Source: Alphaproteobacteria bacterium (GTDB taxonomy: Bacteria; Pseudomonadota; Alphaproteobacteria; G965222575). Taken from it: a DNA stretch of 64,000 nucleotides. Numbering within the stretch: the first letter of the stretch is position 1; each line of letters starts with the position of its first letter. The stretch covers positions 320,001 through 384,000 of the forward strand of contig OZ244958.1 in the NCBI GenBank assembly GCA_965222575.1, written 5' to 3'. The notes under the pieces were generated by a model. It saw nothing but the letters and a program-made list of their open reading frames with translations. It searched no databases and had not been told where the DNA came from. Made by a program: the position numbers and the translations under genes. Shown in pieces: positions 1 through 9,355 of this stretch.

Positions 1-247
1 CCACCCCCGGGTGAATGGCTTCTGCATGAGTAATCTGGGCCGCTGCAATCACAGCGGGAATGTTCAAATAACTCTCCAAAGGAGAATCCTTCCCTATGCA
101 AACACTTTCATCGGCTAGCAACACATGAGCAGAATTCTTATCCGTTACCGAATGCACAGCAATCGTTTGTAGCCCCATATCCTTACAAGTCCTCAAAATG
201 CGTAAGGCAAGCTCCCCCCTGTTTGCTATCAAAACTTTTTGAAACAC
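1..247 (-). CDS. accC: Acetyl-CoA carboxylase biotin carboxylase subunit, 5' part (runs off the window edge)
   Basis: The reverse strand from GTG at 247 reads [25 protein letters not shown]...; it directly follows accB. Confidence 0.93.
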   Translation of the reverse strand, partial: MFQKVLIANRGELALRILRTCKDMGLQTIAVHSVTDKNSAHVLLADESVCIGKDSPLESYLNIPAVIAAAQITHAEAIHPGV

Positions 248-694
248 CTAATCCTCACTAATCACTGCTAACTGCTGGCCGAACTCTACCGGGTCTTCAT
301 TCTCAACATCAATACTAGTAATTTCCCCAGAAACTGGAGAAATAATAGGATTCATTGTCTTCATCACCTCAATAATAAACATGGTTTGCCCTTTTTTTAC
401 CTTTTTTCCCACTGTAATAAAAGACGGCGCCCCGGGCTTAGGCGACGTATAGACCGTCCCCACAATAGGACTTGTGACAGGGGTGCCATGACTAGATTCT
501 TCACTAGCGACACCCTTATCATCACTTGCACTCCTTGCCTGTGAGGACGTTTCCACCACCACTCCTCCTTCTTGCTTGCGACAAAGACGAATGCTAGCAT
601 CCCCCTCTTTCCACTCAATCTCTGTGAGATTATTATCATGCAAAGACTTTGCTAACAGCGCAATGATTTTTGTGTCAATATTAAGTTTCATCAC
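248..694 (-). CDS. accB: Biotin carboxyl carrier protein
   Basis: Biotinyl-lysine motif IIEVMKTMN; SPIVGTVY; VEFGQ. Confidence 0.95.
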   Translation of the reverse strand: MMKLNIDTKIIALLAKSLHDNNLTEIEWKEGDASIRLCRKQEGGVVVETSSQARSASDDKGVASEESSHGTPVTSPIVGTVYTSPKPGAPSFITVGKKVKKGQTMFIIEVMKTMNPIISPVSGEITSIDVENEDPVEFGQQLAVISED

Positions 695-702
695 TAAGCG
701 GA

Positions 703-1023
703 CTATTTTTTATAAGCCATATCACAATGTTTTTGACAATAAGGCTTATCTTTGAGGGTTTCAAGAGAGCAAAACCGAAAGGTTTTTTCTCCCGGAAAGC
801 CAATAGGCCATTGACAGAGGTCTTTCTTTTTTTGTACGGGGGGTTTGACAAGAGAAGAGGTCTTTTTAGGGGGGAGTTTTAGTCTATGAGCTTTCCCAAT
901 AACAGCATGTTTGGTGATGGAAGACCCTAAGAGTTTAGCAATATCAGTGCAATTTTTATCTGTTAACCAAAGGCTTTTTAGCTTAGCAATGGTTTCTTTT
1001 GTCCAAACCGTTTGTCTCACCAT
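703..1023 (-). CDS. gcrA: GcrA cell-cycle regulator
   Basis: W...I..LK.LW N-terminus, HAVIGKAHRLKL, and a CQWPIG...FC...PYC..H C-terminus. Confidence 0.9.
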   Translation of the reverse strand: MVRQTVWTKETIAKLKSLWLTDKNCTDIAKLLGSSITKHAVIGKAHRLKLPPKKTSSLVKPPVQKKKDLCQWPIGFPGEKTFRFCSLETLKDKPYCQKHCDMAYKK

Positions 1024-1166
1024 TGTCCCCTTAAACTCAAAAAAAATAGAGTATCAGTATATCAAAGAGAGGGAATCCTTTTCAATCTCTTTATCATCAG
1101 GATGATGCTTAAGGGCGAAAGTGCTGGTTGCAGGGGCTTCCCCTTGAGCGGAGAATAAGGCGCTTA

Positions 1167-2312
1167 TCATAAGGGGCGAAAGGCGCTCTGGTTTTGAGGA
1201 AGATGAGAAAGCAAGAATTCTCTCCCTCTTTTGACGCTTTTCTGCCCATTATAAGTGATAATATCCGCTGTGGCATAGGTGCTACTCCAAGTGTGCGGAA
1301 AATAAGAGCCCGTGCCAATGGTATTGACTGGAGCCTTGACAGACCCGAAGAGTTTGCACTTTTCTGTGGTAAAATTAGAACTTGCTGTAATTTTCACCTT
1401 TTCAAAGCCATGTTTATCCAAGGTTTCTCTGAGATGAAACAGTGCTGCCGCACTAACGCCTGTTCCTAAAAGATAGTGTAACTCGTGCGGTTCTCTGTAA
1501 TGTCTGATGGCTTCTGGTACACATCGTTCAATAACGCCATAAGAGCGTTCAGGGTCTAACCCTTGTACATATCGTCCCCCATGGGTATCAATGCGTACAG
1601 CAAGGTCTACAAGGCCTGAAAAATGTTGACAGACTCTTAACGTATCGTCTAGTTCCTTTCCAAAATAGTCTATCAGCACTGTTAAGGGGTCATGAGGAAA
1701 AGAGCGGTGGTATAATTGAGCGGCTTTGAGGGTATCTTTAGCATATCCTATGAGAGAGTGGGGCATAGTCCCAAGTCCTCTTTTCAGTCCAAAAAAAGGA
1801 GCCGTTAAATCTGTAGAGGTTCCAATAAATCCTTTTGCCCCCGCGGCTTGCGCCTTTTTACTGCCAACAAACGCCCCATAAGCCATAGCTATAGCCATAT
1901 CCTTGCCTGTACAGTGACGGCTGTCCATGGCCATAAAGGCAGCATAAGGACAAGAATGGGTCATGTGAAAAACAGTGTAGGCTATGACACAAGGAGGGCC
2001 GAGCTTCTGTAAACAGAGTGTTTCAACTTCCGATAAAACTTGTAAACTCCCTTTCAGCAATAACAGCACATTGCCGCCTCCTACAAAGTCTCCCTCTTGA
2101 TAGGGAGAAAATACGCTAATAGGCTTCTTTCTCAAGACTTTCACTTGTTTGAGGAAGTCTTCTATGAGCTTTGGTGCGTAAATCACCGGTTGGCGAATAA
2201 AAAAGGCATAGATCACTTCTACATCTCCATTTTCTTCCACAATACGAGCGGTTTTGGAGAAATACTTATCGGTTTCCTCCAAGAGTGTTTTTTCCGTCAG
2301 CGAATCGGTCAT
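1167..2312 (-). CDS. Nicotinate phosphoribosyltransferase-like protein
   Basis: TDKYF, GTMPHSLIG and VRIDTHG motifs of the NAPRTase/QPRTase fold. Confidence 0.75.
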   Translation of the reverse strand: MTDSLTEKTLLEETDKYFSKTARIVEENGDVEVIYAFFIRQPVIYAPKLIEDFLKQVKVLRKKPISVFSPYQEGDFVGGGNVLLLLKGSLQVLSEVETLCLQKLGPPCVIAYTVFHMTHSCPYAAFMAMDSRHCTGKDMAIAMAYGAFVGSKKAQAAGAKGFIGTSTDLTAPFFGLKRGLGTMPHSLIGYAKDTLKAAQLYHRSFPHDPLTVLIDYFGKELDDTLRVCQHFSGLVDLAVRIDTHGGRYVQGLDPERSYGVIERCVPEAIRHYREPHELHYLLGTGVSAAALFHLRETLDKHGFEKVKITASSNFTTEKCKLFGSVKAPVNTIGTGSYFPHTWSSTYATADIITYNGQKSVKRGREFLLSHLPQNQSAFRPL

Positions 2313-2806
2313 TTTCTCTCCATTGTTAAAAATTCAAAGACCAACTCCTTTTCTTTTTTCCTTTCTTGCTTCAGAATCGTCCAGTCTACAAGATTCAAAG
2401 GGGGAAATTTTGTGTCTCCCTGAAAATCTTTGAGAATACGCGTCATATAAAGACGTGTCACCAAAGGTAAGGTTTGTTCATAGAGCGTTTGTCCGCCGAT
2501 ACAAAAAAATTCCTCAACCCCGTGTTGCACACAATAGTCCTTTGCCGCTTGAAGTGCCTCTTCCAAAGAAGAGACATAAAAAACATGGGGAGCCTGTTTA
2601 GGCTCATGGGTTAGCACAATGTTGTAGCGATGAACCAAAGGCTTAGAGAAGGATTGAAAGGTTTTACGTCCCATAATCACAGGGTGATATAAGGTGATTT
2701 TTTTGAAGTGTTGCATATCTTCTTTGATACGCCATGGAAGAGACCCCCTTTGTCCAATGACATGATTTTGCGCCATTGCTACAATAATAGAAAAACGCAA
2801 GGACAT
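2309..2806 (-). CDS. folA: Dihydrofolate reductase
   Basis: IVAMAQNHVIG..LPW, VIMGRKTF, IGGQTLY, GDTKFP; likely ATG at 2806. Confidence 0.95.
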   Translation of the reverse strand: MSLRFSIIVAMAQNHVIGQRGSLPWRIKEDMQHFKKITLYHPVIMGRKTFQSFSKPLVHRYNIVLTHEPKQAPHVFYVSSLEEALQAAKDYCVQHGVEEFFCIGGQTLYEQTLPLVTRLYMTRILKDFQGDTKFPPLNLVDWTILKQERKKEKELVFEFLTMERK

Positions 2807-2813
2807 AACGAAA

Positions 2814-3605
2814 CTAAACGGCAATAGGAGCTTTTATGTGAGCATGGGGGTGATAGGAACACAAGAGTATATCCTGGACACGAAAGTCAAAAATGTTAGT
2901 AATATCTTGGTTGAGCTTTAGTGTGGGAAGAGGGCGCGGTAAGCGCTTCGACTGCGTCTTAGCTTGGTGTATATGGTTCAGATACAGATGCGTATCACCC
3001 GTTGAGATAATAAGCTCTCCCGGTCTTAACTTTGTGACTTGTGCAATCATCAGTGTTAAGAGGCTATAGGAGGCAATGTTGAAGGGTAAGCCTAGGAAGA
3101 CATCTACACTGCGTTGATAGAGGTGACAACTGAGAATTGCGTTGGTGACATTAAACTGAAAGAAGCAATGACAAGGAGGAAGGGACATTTTGTCTAGTTC
3201 TCCTACATTCCAAGCACTAACAATATGGCGTCTGGAGTTAGGATTGTGCTTTAAGGTTTCTATCACATGAGAAATCTGGTCAAAAGAGCCTCCTTTTTGG
3301 GTTTTCCATCTGCGCCATTGTGCACCGTAGATAGGCCCTAACTCTCCTTGTGCATCAGCCCAAGGGTCCCATATCGTCACATCATGCCTCTTGAGATACT
3401 CAATATTCGTCTCTCCGCGCAAAAACCATAAAAGCTCAGTAACAATGGACTTCATATGGAGCTTTTTGGTGGTGAGAAGAGGATAAGGAACCAAGGGGAC
3501 TCTCAGTTGGCACCCAAAGAGACTCAAGGCCTTAATCCCTGTTCTATTCTGCTTTTCTTCTCCTGTCTTCAGAATTGTGTCTAGCAACTCAAGATAGACG
3601 CGCAT
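2814..3605 (-). CDS. thyA: Thymidylate synthase
   Basis: ELLWFLRG, LPPCH, YQRSVDVFLGLPFNIASY. Confidence 0.97.
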   Translation of the reverse strand: MRVYLELLDTILKTGEEKQNRTGIKALSLFGCQLRVPLVPYPLLTTKKLHMKSIVTELLWFLRGETNIEYLKRHDVTIWDPWADAQGELGPIYGAQWRRWKTQKGGSFDQISHVIETLKHNPNSRRHIVSAWNVGELDKMSLPPCHCFFQFNVTNAILSCHLYQRSVDVFLGLPFNIASYSLLTLMIAQVTKLRPGELIISTGDTHLYLNHIHQAKTQSKRLPRPLPTLKLNQDITNIFDFRVQDILLCSYHPHAHIKAPIAV

Positions 3606-3627
3606 AACACACAAGTAAGGACAGCGG

Positions 3628-4176
3628 TTATTTTAATAAATTATTGCGCGACTCTGTTTCCTTAACAGATAATGAAAATCCTTTAAGAGAGAATTTAATT
3701 TCCAGAGGGCTTTCATTAAACCACTTCGTTTTCAACAACCCCTCACTTGAAGCAGCCCGAAAGGTCTTCAATAAATCATTGCTCAAAGACAATTCCACAA
3801 GACATCCCTGACCGGTACAGGTCTTAACGCTCAGTTTCGTGAACAAAACCCTTTTGTTGAGGGTCATTTGATAGCCTTCCGATAGCAAAGTCCCAAGAGG
3901 GGCGACAATATTCGCTGTGTATTTCCTCTTATCGGAATCGTAATCCACAACCATCACCATAATTTGCTGTTTATCCTCTGTATACACAGTATGAACAGCC
4001 TGACACTTCCAGATGCGTTTCGAATCTTCCGGGGCTTTGACACAAATGGTTTTCCAATTGCCATAGTTTAGCTCTATGGAATCGGAATCTAGCTCATTTG
4101 CTTGGGAGACATTGCCCCATAAAAAAGCGAAGCAGAAGAATAAAAAATAGATAAAAGAGTTCATAATTTTTCTCAC
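3628..4176 (-). CDS. Invasion-associated locus B (IalB) family exported protein
   Basis: Signal peptide, YGNWKTIC, PLGTLL..G, C...GC, FSLKGF. Confidence 0.8.
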   Translation of the reverse strand: MRKIMNSFIYFLFFCFAFLWGNVSQANELDSDSIELNYGNWKTICVKAPEDSKRIWKCQAVHTVYTEDKQQIMVMVVDYDSDKRKYTANIVAPLGTLLSEGYQMTLNKRVLFTKLSVKTCTGQGCLVELSLSNDLLKTFRAASSEGLLKTKWFNESPLEIKFSLKGFSLSVKETESRNNLLK

Positions 4177-4297
4177 CTATTACTTGATTATTTTCATGAA
4201 ACTCAATTGTAACGAACTACTGATTTAATGTAAAGGAAGTTTTGATTTTTGTTTGCGGTGTTTCTATAGTAGCGGCAAAGGGTGTAAGGAAACACAG

Positions 4298-5167
4298 ATG
4301 ATTATTGACGGCAAAGCTTATGCACAGGAGATTTGTGACTCCCTAAAAGCAGAGTGGCAAAAAATGCAAGTCGTTTCTCCTCCTCCGTGTCTAGGGGTTG
4401 TACAAGTGGGCAACAATCCTTCTTCTAGTCTTTACATTGAAAAGAAAAAAAAAACATGTGAATCCTTAGGCTTTCAGTGTCTTCATCGTCATTTTCCAGC
4501 AACTGTTCAACAGCACACACTGGAAAAAGAACTCAAGCATCTGAATAGCAACGACTCTGTTCATGGCATTATTGTTCAGTTGCCGCTGCCACCTCATATA
4601 GAGACTCAGTCTATTGTAGAAGCCATAGCCTCTCAAAAAGATGTAGATGGGTTCAGTGCTCAAAATGTTCAAAGACTCCGCACAGGGCAAGAAGGATTGT
4701 TCCCTTGTACGCCCCTTGGTTGTGTCACTCTTCTGAAGCGACTGCCTATTACTTTACAAGGCAAGCGCGCTCTTGTGATAGGGCGCTCTCAGGTGGTAGG
4801 TCGTCCTATGGCGGATATGCTGTTAAGGGAAAATTGCACCGTCACCATTGCCCACAGTCATACGCAAGACCTTCCTGCCTTGTGTAGGCAATCAGACATT
4901 GTCATCGCTGCCACAGGTCAAGCAGAAATGGTGAAAGGCAACTGGATTAAAAAAGACGCCGTTGTGTTAGATGTTGGCATCAACCGTATCATACGAGGAG
5001 GAAAACCTACAATTGTAGGCGATGTAGACTTCCCCGCAGCACTCAAACACACCCTAGCCATCACACCGGTACCCGGAGGAGTAGGCCCCATGACGGTCGC
5101 CATGTTAATGCGTAATGTCTGGAAGGCTTTCAACAGCCTAAAACAAAATCAGCGGACGCAACAATAA
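4298..5167 (+). CDS. folD: Bifunctional methylene-THF dehydrogenase/cyclohydrolase
   Basis: IIDGK, VQLPLP, KDVDG, PCTP.G, TPVPGGVGPMT. Confidence 0.96.
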   Translation: MIIDGKAYAQEICDSLKAEWQKMQVVSPPPCLGVVQVGNNPSSSLYIEKKKKTCESLGFQCLHRHFPATVQQHTLEKELKHLNSNDSVHGIIVQLPLPPHIETQSIVEAIASQKDVDGFSAQNVQRLRTGQEGLFPCTPLGCVTLLKRLPITLQGKRALVIGRSQVVGRPMADMLLRENCTVTIAHSHTQDLPALCRQSDIVIAATGQAEMVKGNWIKKDAVVLDVGINRIIRGGKPTIVGDVDFPAALKHTLAITPVPGGVGPMTVAMLMRNVWKAFNSLKQNQRTQQ

Positions 5168-5410
5168 AAGGCCTAATATGGCCACAAGAGGAGAAAGGTC
5201 TATGCCTCCCAGATTCGGTAAAAGGCGTCGCAACGGGTCTAAAAGAGGCGAGGTTAGCCGCGTTAATAAATCATAGAGAAAACAAAATCTCTGATTGGCA
5301 ACAGTCAAAATCTGTAAAACAAACAACCAGTGAAAGATGGTATAGCCAATAATACAATAAATATAAAGACGTATGAGGGCGTCAATGACAAGAGATAACA
5401 AAGAAATCAT
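5138..5410 (-). CDS. YggT family membrane protein
   Basis: LT.PLL.PLRRLLP.LGGIDLSPLV signature. Confidence 0.88.
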   Translation of the reverse strand: MISLLSLVIDALIRLYIYCIIGYTIFHWLFVLQILTVANQRFCFLYDLLTRLTSPLLDPLRRLLPNLGGIDLSPLVAILGLLLLRPLILF

Positions 5411-5506
5411 TAAAAAAAAACCTGAGACCTTAGAGAACGCTGCCGTGAAGAAGTTTATCAAATTTTCTTGTTTGAAACAAGATAGAGCGTTACACTAGCA
5501 GTAACG

Positions 5507-5845
5507 ATGACCTATGTTGTAACAGAAATCTGTATAAAGTGTAAGCACACTGATTGTGTGGAAGTGTGTCCTGTGGACTGTTTTATGGAGGGGGATAATA
5601 TGCTGGTGATTGACCCTGATGTCTGTATAGACTGCGGGGTTTGTGAGCCGGAATGTCCGGTGAATGCTATTTTACCTGACACGGAAGATGGGGCGGAGGA
5701 ATGGCTTGCGTTGAACAGGGAGTATGCTAGTCAATGGCCTGTTCTTACGCAAAAAAAAGACCCTTTACCGGAAGCAGTAAAGCATAAAGAGGAAACGGGA
5801 AAGTTTGACAAGTATTTTTCTCCTAATCCGGGCAAGAAAAAATAG
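5507..5845 (+). CDS. fdxA: 7Fe ferredoxin
   Basis: [24 protein letters not shown]...[12 protein letters not shown]. Confidence 0.93.
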   Translation: MTYVVTEICIKCKHTDCVEVCPVDCFMEGDNMLVIDPDVCIDCGVCEPECPVNAILPDTEDGAEEWLALNREYASQWPVLTQKKDPLPEAVKHKEETGKFDKYFSPNPGKKK

Positions 5846-5926
5846 GAAGGGCTTTAACAGCCTTTTTAACAGGGAAGCCCTACAATAGTGTGAAAAGATA
5901 TTACAGAGTAAAACAAGAGGCATATC

Positions 5927-6859
5927 TTGGCGCGGGTTGCGGTTATTGGAGCTGATAGCGGTCTTGGGATTCATCTGATAAGAACCCTTATCAAGTCCGG
6001 CTACAGAGTCCTAGCTCTTGGGGGAGGACATGGGACTTTAAGGTTTGTGAAATCCCCCAGCAGACCCGGACAGCTGTTCTCTGTGCCGGTATCGATTCTC
6101 TCTTTGCCAAAGGGCATTTTTTCCTCTACAGAAGCGGTGATTAGTCTTTTAGACGCCAAGATTTTAAGGGAGAGTTTTTATCTTAAGGCTGTGGAGCAGC
6201 TCACGAAAAGGGCGTGCGAAGAGGAGGTGAGGTGTCTTGTGGGACTCTCGAGTTTGTGTGAGGACGGGCAGCAATACAAGGATGTGTTAAAACCCGCTTT
6301 TTATCACAATTTTCAACAGGCAGAACCCCTTTATAGGGCCTGCAAACAGGCCATTATTGTTAGACCATCTCTTCTGTTTGGAGCACCACACTACCCCTTG
6401 GAATCCTTAGCTTCTGTTTACCGCTTTCTCCCCTGCACCCCAATCCTGCAAGGAAAATATCAACCCTTACACATTGGAGATATGGCCCAAGGTATTGTCA
6501 ACATCCTCACACAAAAGCCGTCTACTACTGACTTTGAAATGACAGGTCCTGAAACCTATACTTTTCGGGAACTCATGAAGATAATCGGACACTATACGCA
6601 ACGCCCCAACAAACCCCTGTTGCCCCTTCCGCTAAAAGTCCTGATAGGAATCTGTTGGTGCTTGAGAAAAACCCCACTGCCCTTTCCCCTAAGCCCTAAC
6701 GATATCATCGCCTTGACCATGAATCAGACAGCAAGAAAAACAGGAGGGTCTCTTAAGGACTTAGGCATCACACCAACTCCACTTGAGTGCTTTATCTCCT
6801 CGTGTTTCGGACGATTTCGCGCAACTTCTCCCCTAGATACCGATGCCATTATTCCATAA
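5927..6859 (+). CDS. Complex I NDUFA9-like NAD-dependent epimerase/dehydratase (divergent)
   Basis: N-terminal Rossmann GxxxxxG, IVRPSLLFG, QPLHIGD, GPETYTF. Confidence 0.7.
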   Translation: MARVAVIGADSGLGIHLIRTLIKSGYRVLALGGGHGTLRFVKSPSRPGQLFSVPVSILSLPKGIFSSTEAVISLLDAKILRESFYLKAVEQLTKRACEEEVRCLVGLSSLCEDGQQYKDVLKPAFYHNFQQAEPLYRACKQAIIVRPSLLFGAPHYPLESLASVYRFLPCTPILQGKYQPLHIGDMAQGIVNILTQKPSTTDFEMTGPETYTFRELMKIIGHYTQRPNKPLLPLPLKVLIGICWCLRKTPLPFPLSPNDIIALTMNQTARKTGGSLKDLGITPTPLECFISSCFGRFRATSPLDTDAIIP

Positions 6860-7618
6860 CGTCCATAGGATTAACCCACTCCCTAAAACCATGCGGTACA
6901 GCACAAAAGCTTTCATTGTAAAATGTTGAACATAACGCACAAAAACCCGTAAGCTTAAAAAAGACAGAACAGCTGAAAATCCCATAACAGGGAGTATCAG
7001 CAGTTTTTCTCCTTGGAGATTGTACAGATGATAGAAAGACAAAAGCGTCACAGCTCCTAAGGGGAGGATTCCAAGAAAAGCGGATATCTTAACAGCCTGT
7101 AGGCGCGAAAATCCTTTGAATCGCAAAGCGGTGATGCACACACCTGACCGAGAACTTCCGGGTATCAAGGCAAAAAGATGCCAAAGTCCTACAAAAAGAG
7201 CCGTTCTAAAAGTCAATTGATGAGCACCTACCCTCTCTTCTTGAGGCGCTTTGTCCGCTTTATAAAGAAAAAAGCCAAAGACAATACAACCCATCCCTAT
7301 AATGAGCGGTGCTTCAAGATGGTAAATGATCCCTGTGAAATGAAGGAAAAATCCTACAACTAAAAGAGGGAAAGACGCAAACAAGATAAAAATTATCAGC
7401 ACTCTAGGGACAACAGAAAAAGAAGCCCGCTCTCCCCAATAGTCTTTCGAGAAAAAGTACACAGCCGCTAAAAAAGTCCCACCATGAGCAGCAACACTCA
7501 TCAGATGTGCATTCTCCGCCTTTAGGAAAGAACTCACCAATAACAAGTGTGCAGAAGAGCTCACAGGAAGAAACTCTGTCACACTCTGAAGAACTGCTAA
7601 GAGAAAAGTGTCTATCAT
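6833..7618 (-). CDS. uppP: Undecaprenyl-diphosphate phosphatase
   Basis: TEFLPVSSSAH and LIPGSSRSG motifs; hydrophobic; likely start at 7618. Confidence 0.92.
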   Translation of the reverse strand: MIDTFLLAVLQSVTEFLPVSSSAHLLLVSSFLKAENAHLMSVAAHGGTFLAAVYFFSKDYWGERASFSVVPRVLIIFILFASFPLLVVGFFLHFTGIIYHLEAPLIIGMGCIVFGFFLYKADKAPQEERVGAHQLTFRTALFVGLWHLFALIPGSSRSGVCITALRFKGFSRLQAVKISAFLGILPLGAVTLLSFYHLYNLQGEKLLILPVMGFSAVLSFLSLRVFVRYVQHFTMKAFVLYRMVLGSGLILWTLWNNGIGI

Positions 7619-7685
7619 TTCAAACAATCTGTTATACCATAGAACTATACCAATAGAAGCATCAGCAGAGTAGCAAATTTCCCTG

Positions 7686-8159
7686 ATGAACAAAACTGTT
7701 ACAGAAAACAGAAAAGCAAAATTTCTCTACGCTATAGAGGAAACGCTAGAAGCTGGTCTTGTGCTGCAAGGATGGGAAGTCAAGTCCTTGCGGACAGGAG
7801 GAGGAGATATGACAGGGGCTTATATCGATGTACGAAAAGGCGAAGGATTCTTGATAGGCAGTACTGTCACAGCGTTGAAACAATCAAAAGGAAACCCTGA
7901 AAAATGCCACGAAACCCGTATCAGAAAACTGCTCTTAAAAGGGAGAGAACTCCGCAGGCTCTCCGGGAAAACACAAGAACAAAAATACGCTATCGTTCCC
8001 CTTAAACTGTATTTTAATCACAAAGGCATACTCAAACTTCTCATAGGAGTCGGAAAACGCAAACACTATGCCGATAGACGACAGGAAATCAAAAAACGCC
8101 AGTGGAATAGACAAAAACAAGCGCTAACAAAAAAAATCAAACAAACAGTCTCAAGGTGA
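7686..8159 (+). CDS. smpB: SsrA-binding protein
   Basis: NRKA...EAGLVLQGWEVKSLR, RKLLL, IVPLKLYF. Confidence 0.96.
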   Translation: MNKTVTENRKAKFLYAIEETLEAGLVLQGWEVKSLRTGGGDMTGAYIDVRKGEGFLIGSTVTALKQSKGNPEKCHETRIRKLLLKGRELRRLSGKTQEQKYAIVPLKLYFNHKGILKLLIGVGKRKHYADRRQEIKKRQWNRQKQALTKKIKQTVSR

Positions 8160-9108
8160 AAAATAGACCATAAATTCCCAAGAATAATGCGCCTATGAGA
8201 CGCGGGGGGCAAGACTTGAGCAAAAGAAGACCAAGAGAAGACGCAATGAGAAATATATAGATATCTCTATCAAGATTTTGATTCTTTGTAGCGATATCTC
8301 CTATAAAAAGCGCGCTTGCTAACACCAAAGACGGATTGATAATGTTGCTGCCTACAATGTTGCCAACCCCCAAAGCTATTTGTCCTTTTCTCATGGCGCT
8401 GAACGTCACAGCAAGCTCAGGCAGAGAAGTGCCTACAGCTATGATGAGAAGCCCTACTGTTGCGTGAGGAAGGTGAAAATAGGTCGCAAACCCAATACCG
8501 CCGGTTACAAACAGGTTGCTACCCCAATACATAATACCACCTGTTAGAAGCATCATCCCTAAAGCGCTAGGCACAACAAGATATGAGGCTTTTTTCATCA
8601 GTGGTCGAAAAAGAGGAGGAAAAGGCGGGGGCGGTTGAAGAGGGCTTTTTTTCCAACAATGGAGGAACGTTAAGAGAAACAACAAGACAAGGATTAGTCC
8701 TGCGTAGAAGACAAAAGCCTCTATGGTATAGAGTATCACAAACACCCCCACAATGACTGTAAGCCAAAGCAAGGAAGGATAAAGAGAAGGGAAGGACGGG
8801 GTTGTTTGGCGAAAGGGGTAGAGGAAGAAGCCTAAGCCAAGAATTAAAAAGGTGTTAGCGATATTGCTCCCGACAATATTCCCGAGAATGATACCGTCGC
8901 TTCCCTTAAGGCTTGCGGAGATGGTTGTGAACATTTCCGGGAGTGAGGTGGCAAAGGCTGTTGCCATTAAGGCAAGAAAAAAGGGAGAAATCCTTAGCAC
9001 ATAAGAGAGAAAAGTTGTCAATTGCACAAGCAGTTCCCCGGCAATGAACACAATTATAAGCCCTAGTACTAAAGGCAAACAAAAAGCCGTTATCATCATG
9101 AATCTCAT
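8137..9108 (-). CDS. Calcium/sodium antiporter (YrbG-like)
   Basis: Two alpha repeats, ATSLPE...GNIVGSNI and GTSLPE...GNIVGSNI. Confidence 0.9.
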   Translation of the reverse strand: MRFMMITAFCLPLVLGLIIVFIAGELLVQLTTFLSYVLRISPFFLALMATAFATSLPEMFTTISASLKGSDGIILGNIVGSNIANTFLILGLGFFLYPFRQTTPSFPSLYPSLLWLTVIVGVFVILYTIEAFVFYAGLILVLLFLLTFLHCWKKSPLQPPPPFPPLFRPLMKKASYLVVPSALGMMLLTGGIMYWGSNLFVTGGIGFATYFHLPHATVGLLIIAVGTSLPELAVTFSAMRKGQIALGVGNIVGSNIINPSLVLASALFIGDIATKNQNLDRDIYIFLIASSLGLLLLKSCPPRLIGALFLGIYGLFFTLRLFV

Positions 9109-9163
9109 GTTATACTGTCACCAGAAAAGTATAAAGGCATAAGTTAGAAGACCCCGGTATGCA

Positions 9164-9352
9164 ATGACGAAAAAGAGGGAACAGACAGTAACGGATGATG
9201 TTGTGTATTGTAGTGGGGACTGTACCTCAGCAAACGATGAAGCAACACAGACTCAAGGGAGTCACCCTAGAGTTTTTATCAAGATAGACCCTCAAACTGA
9301 GAAGGGGAAATGTCCTTATTGCGGCGCAGTATTTGTGAAGAAAAGCCCCTAG
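9164..9352 (+). CDS. zf-CHCC zinc-finger protein (NDUFS6-like)
   Basis: C.G....HPRVFI...CPYCG. Confidence 0.85.
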   Translation: MTKKREQTVTDDVVYCSGDCTSANDEATQTQGSHPRVFIKIDPQTEKGKCPYCGAVFVKKSP

Positions 9353-9355
9353 TTT

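Noticed and set aside
5849-5881. Terminator after fdxA (agggctt...aagccct)
   Set aside because: It has a 7-bp stem with a long loop and no U-tract, which is too weak to call.
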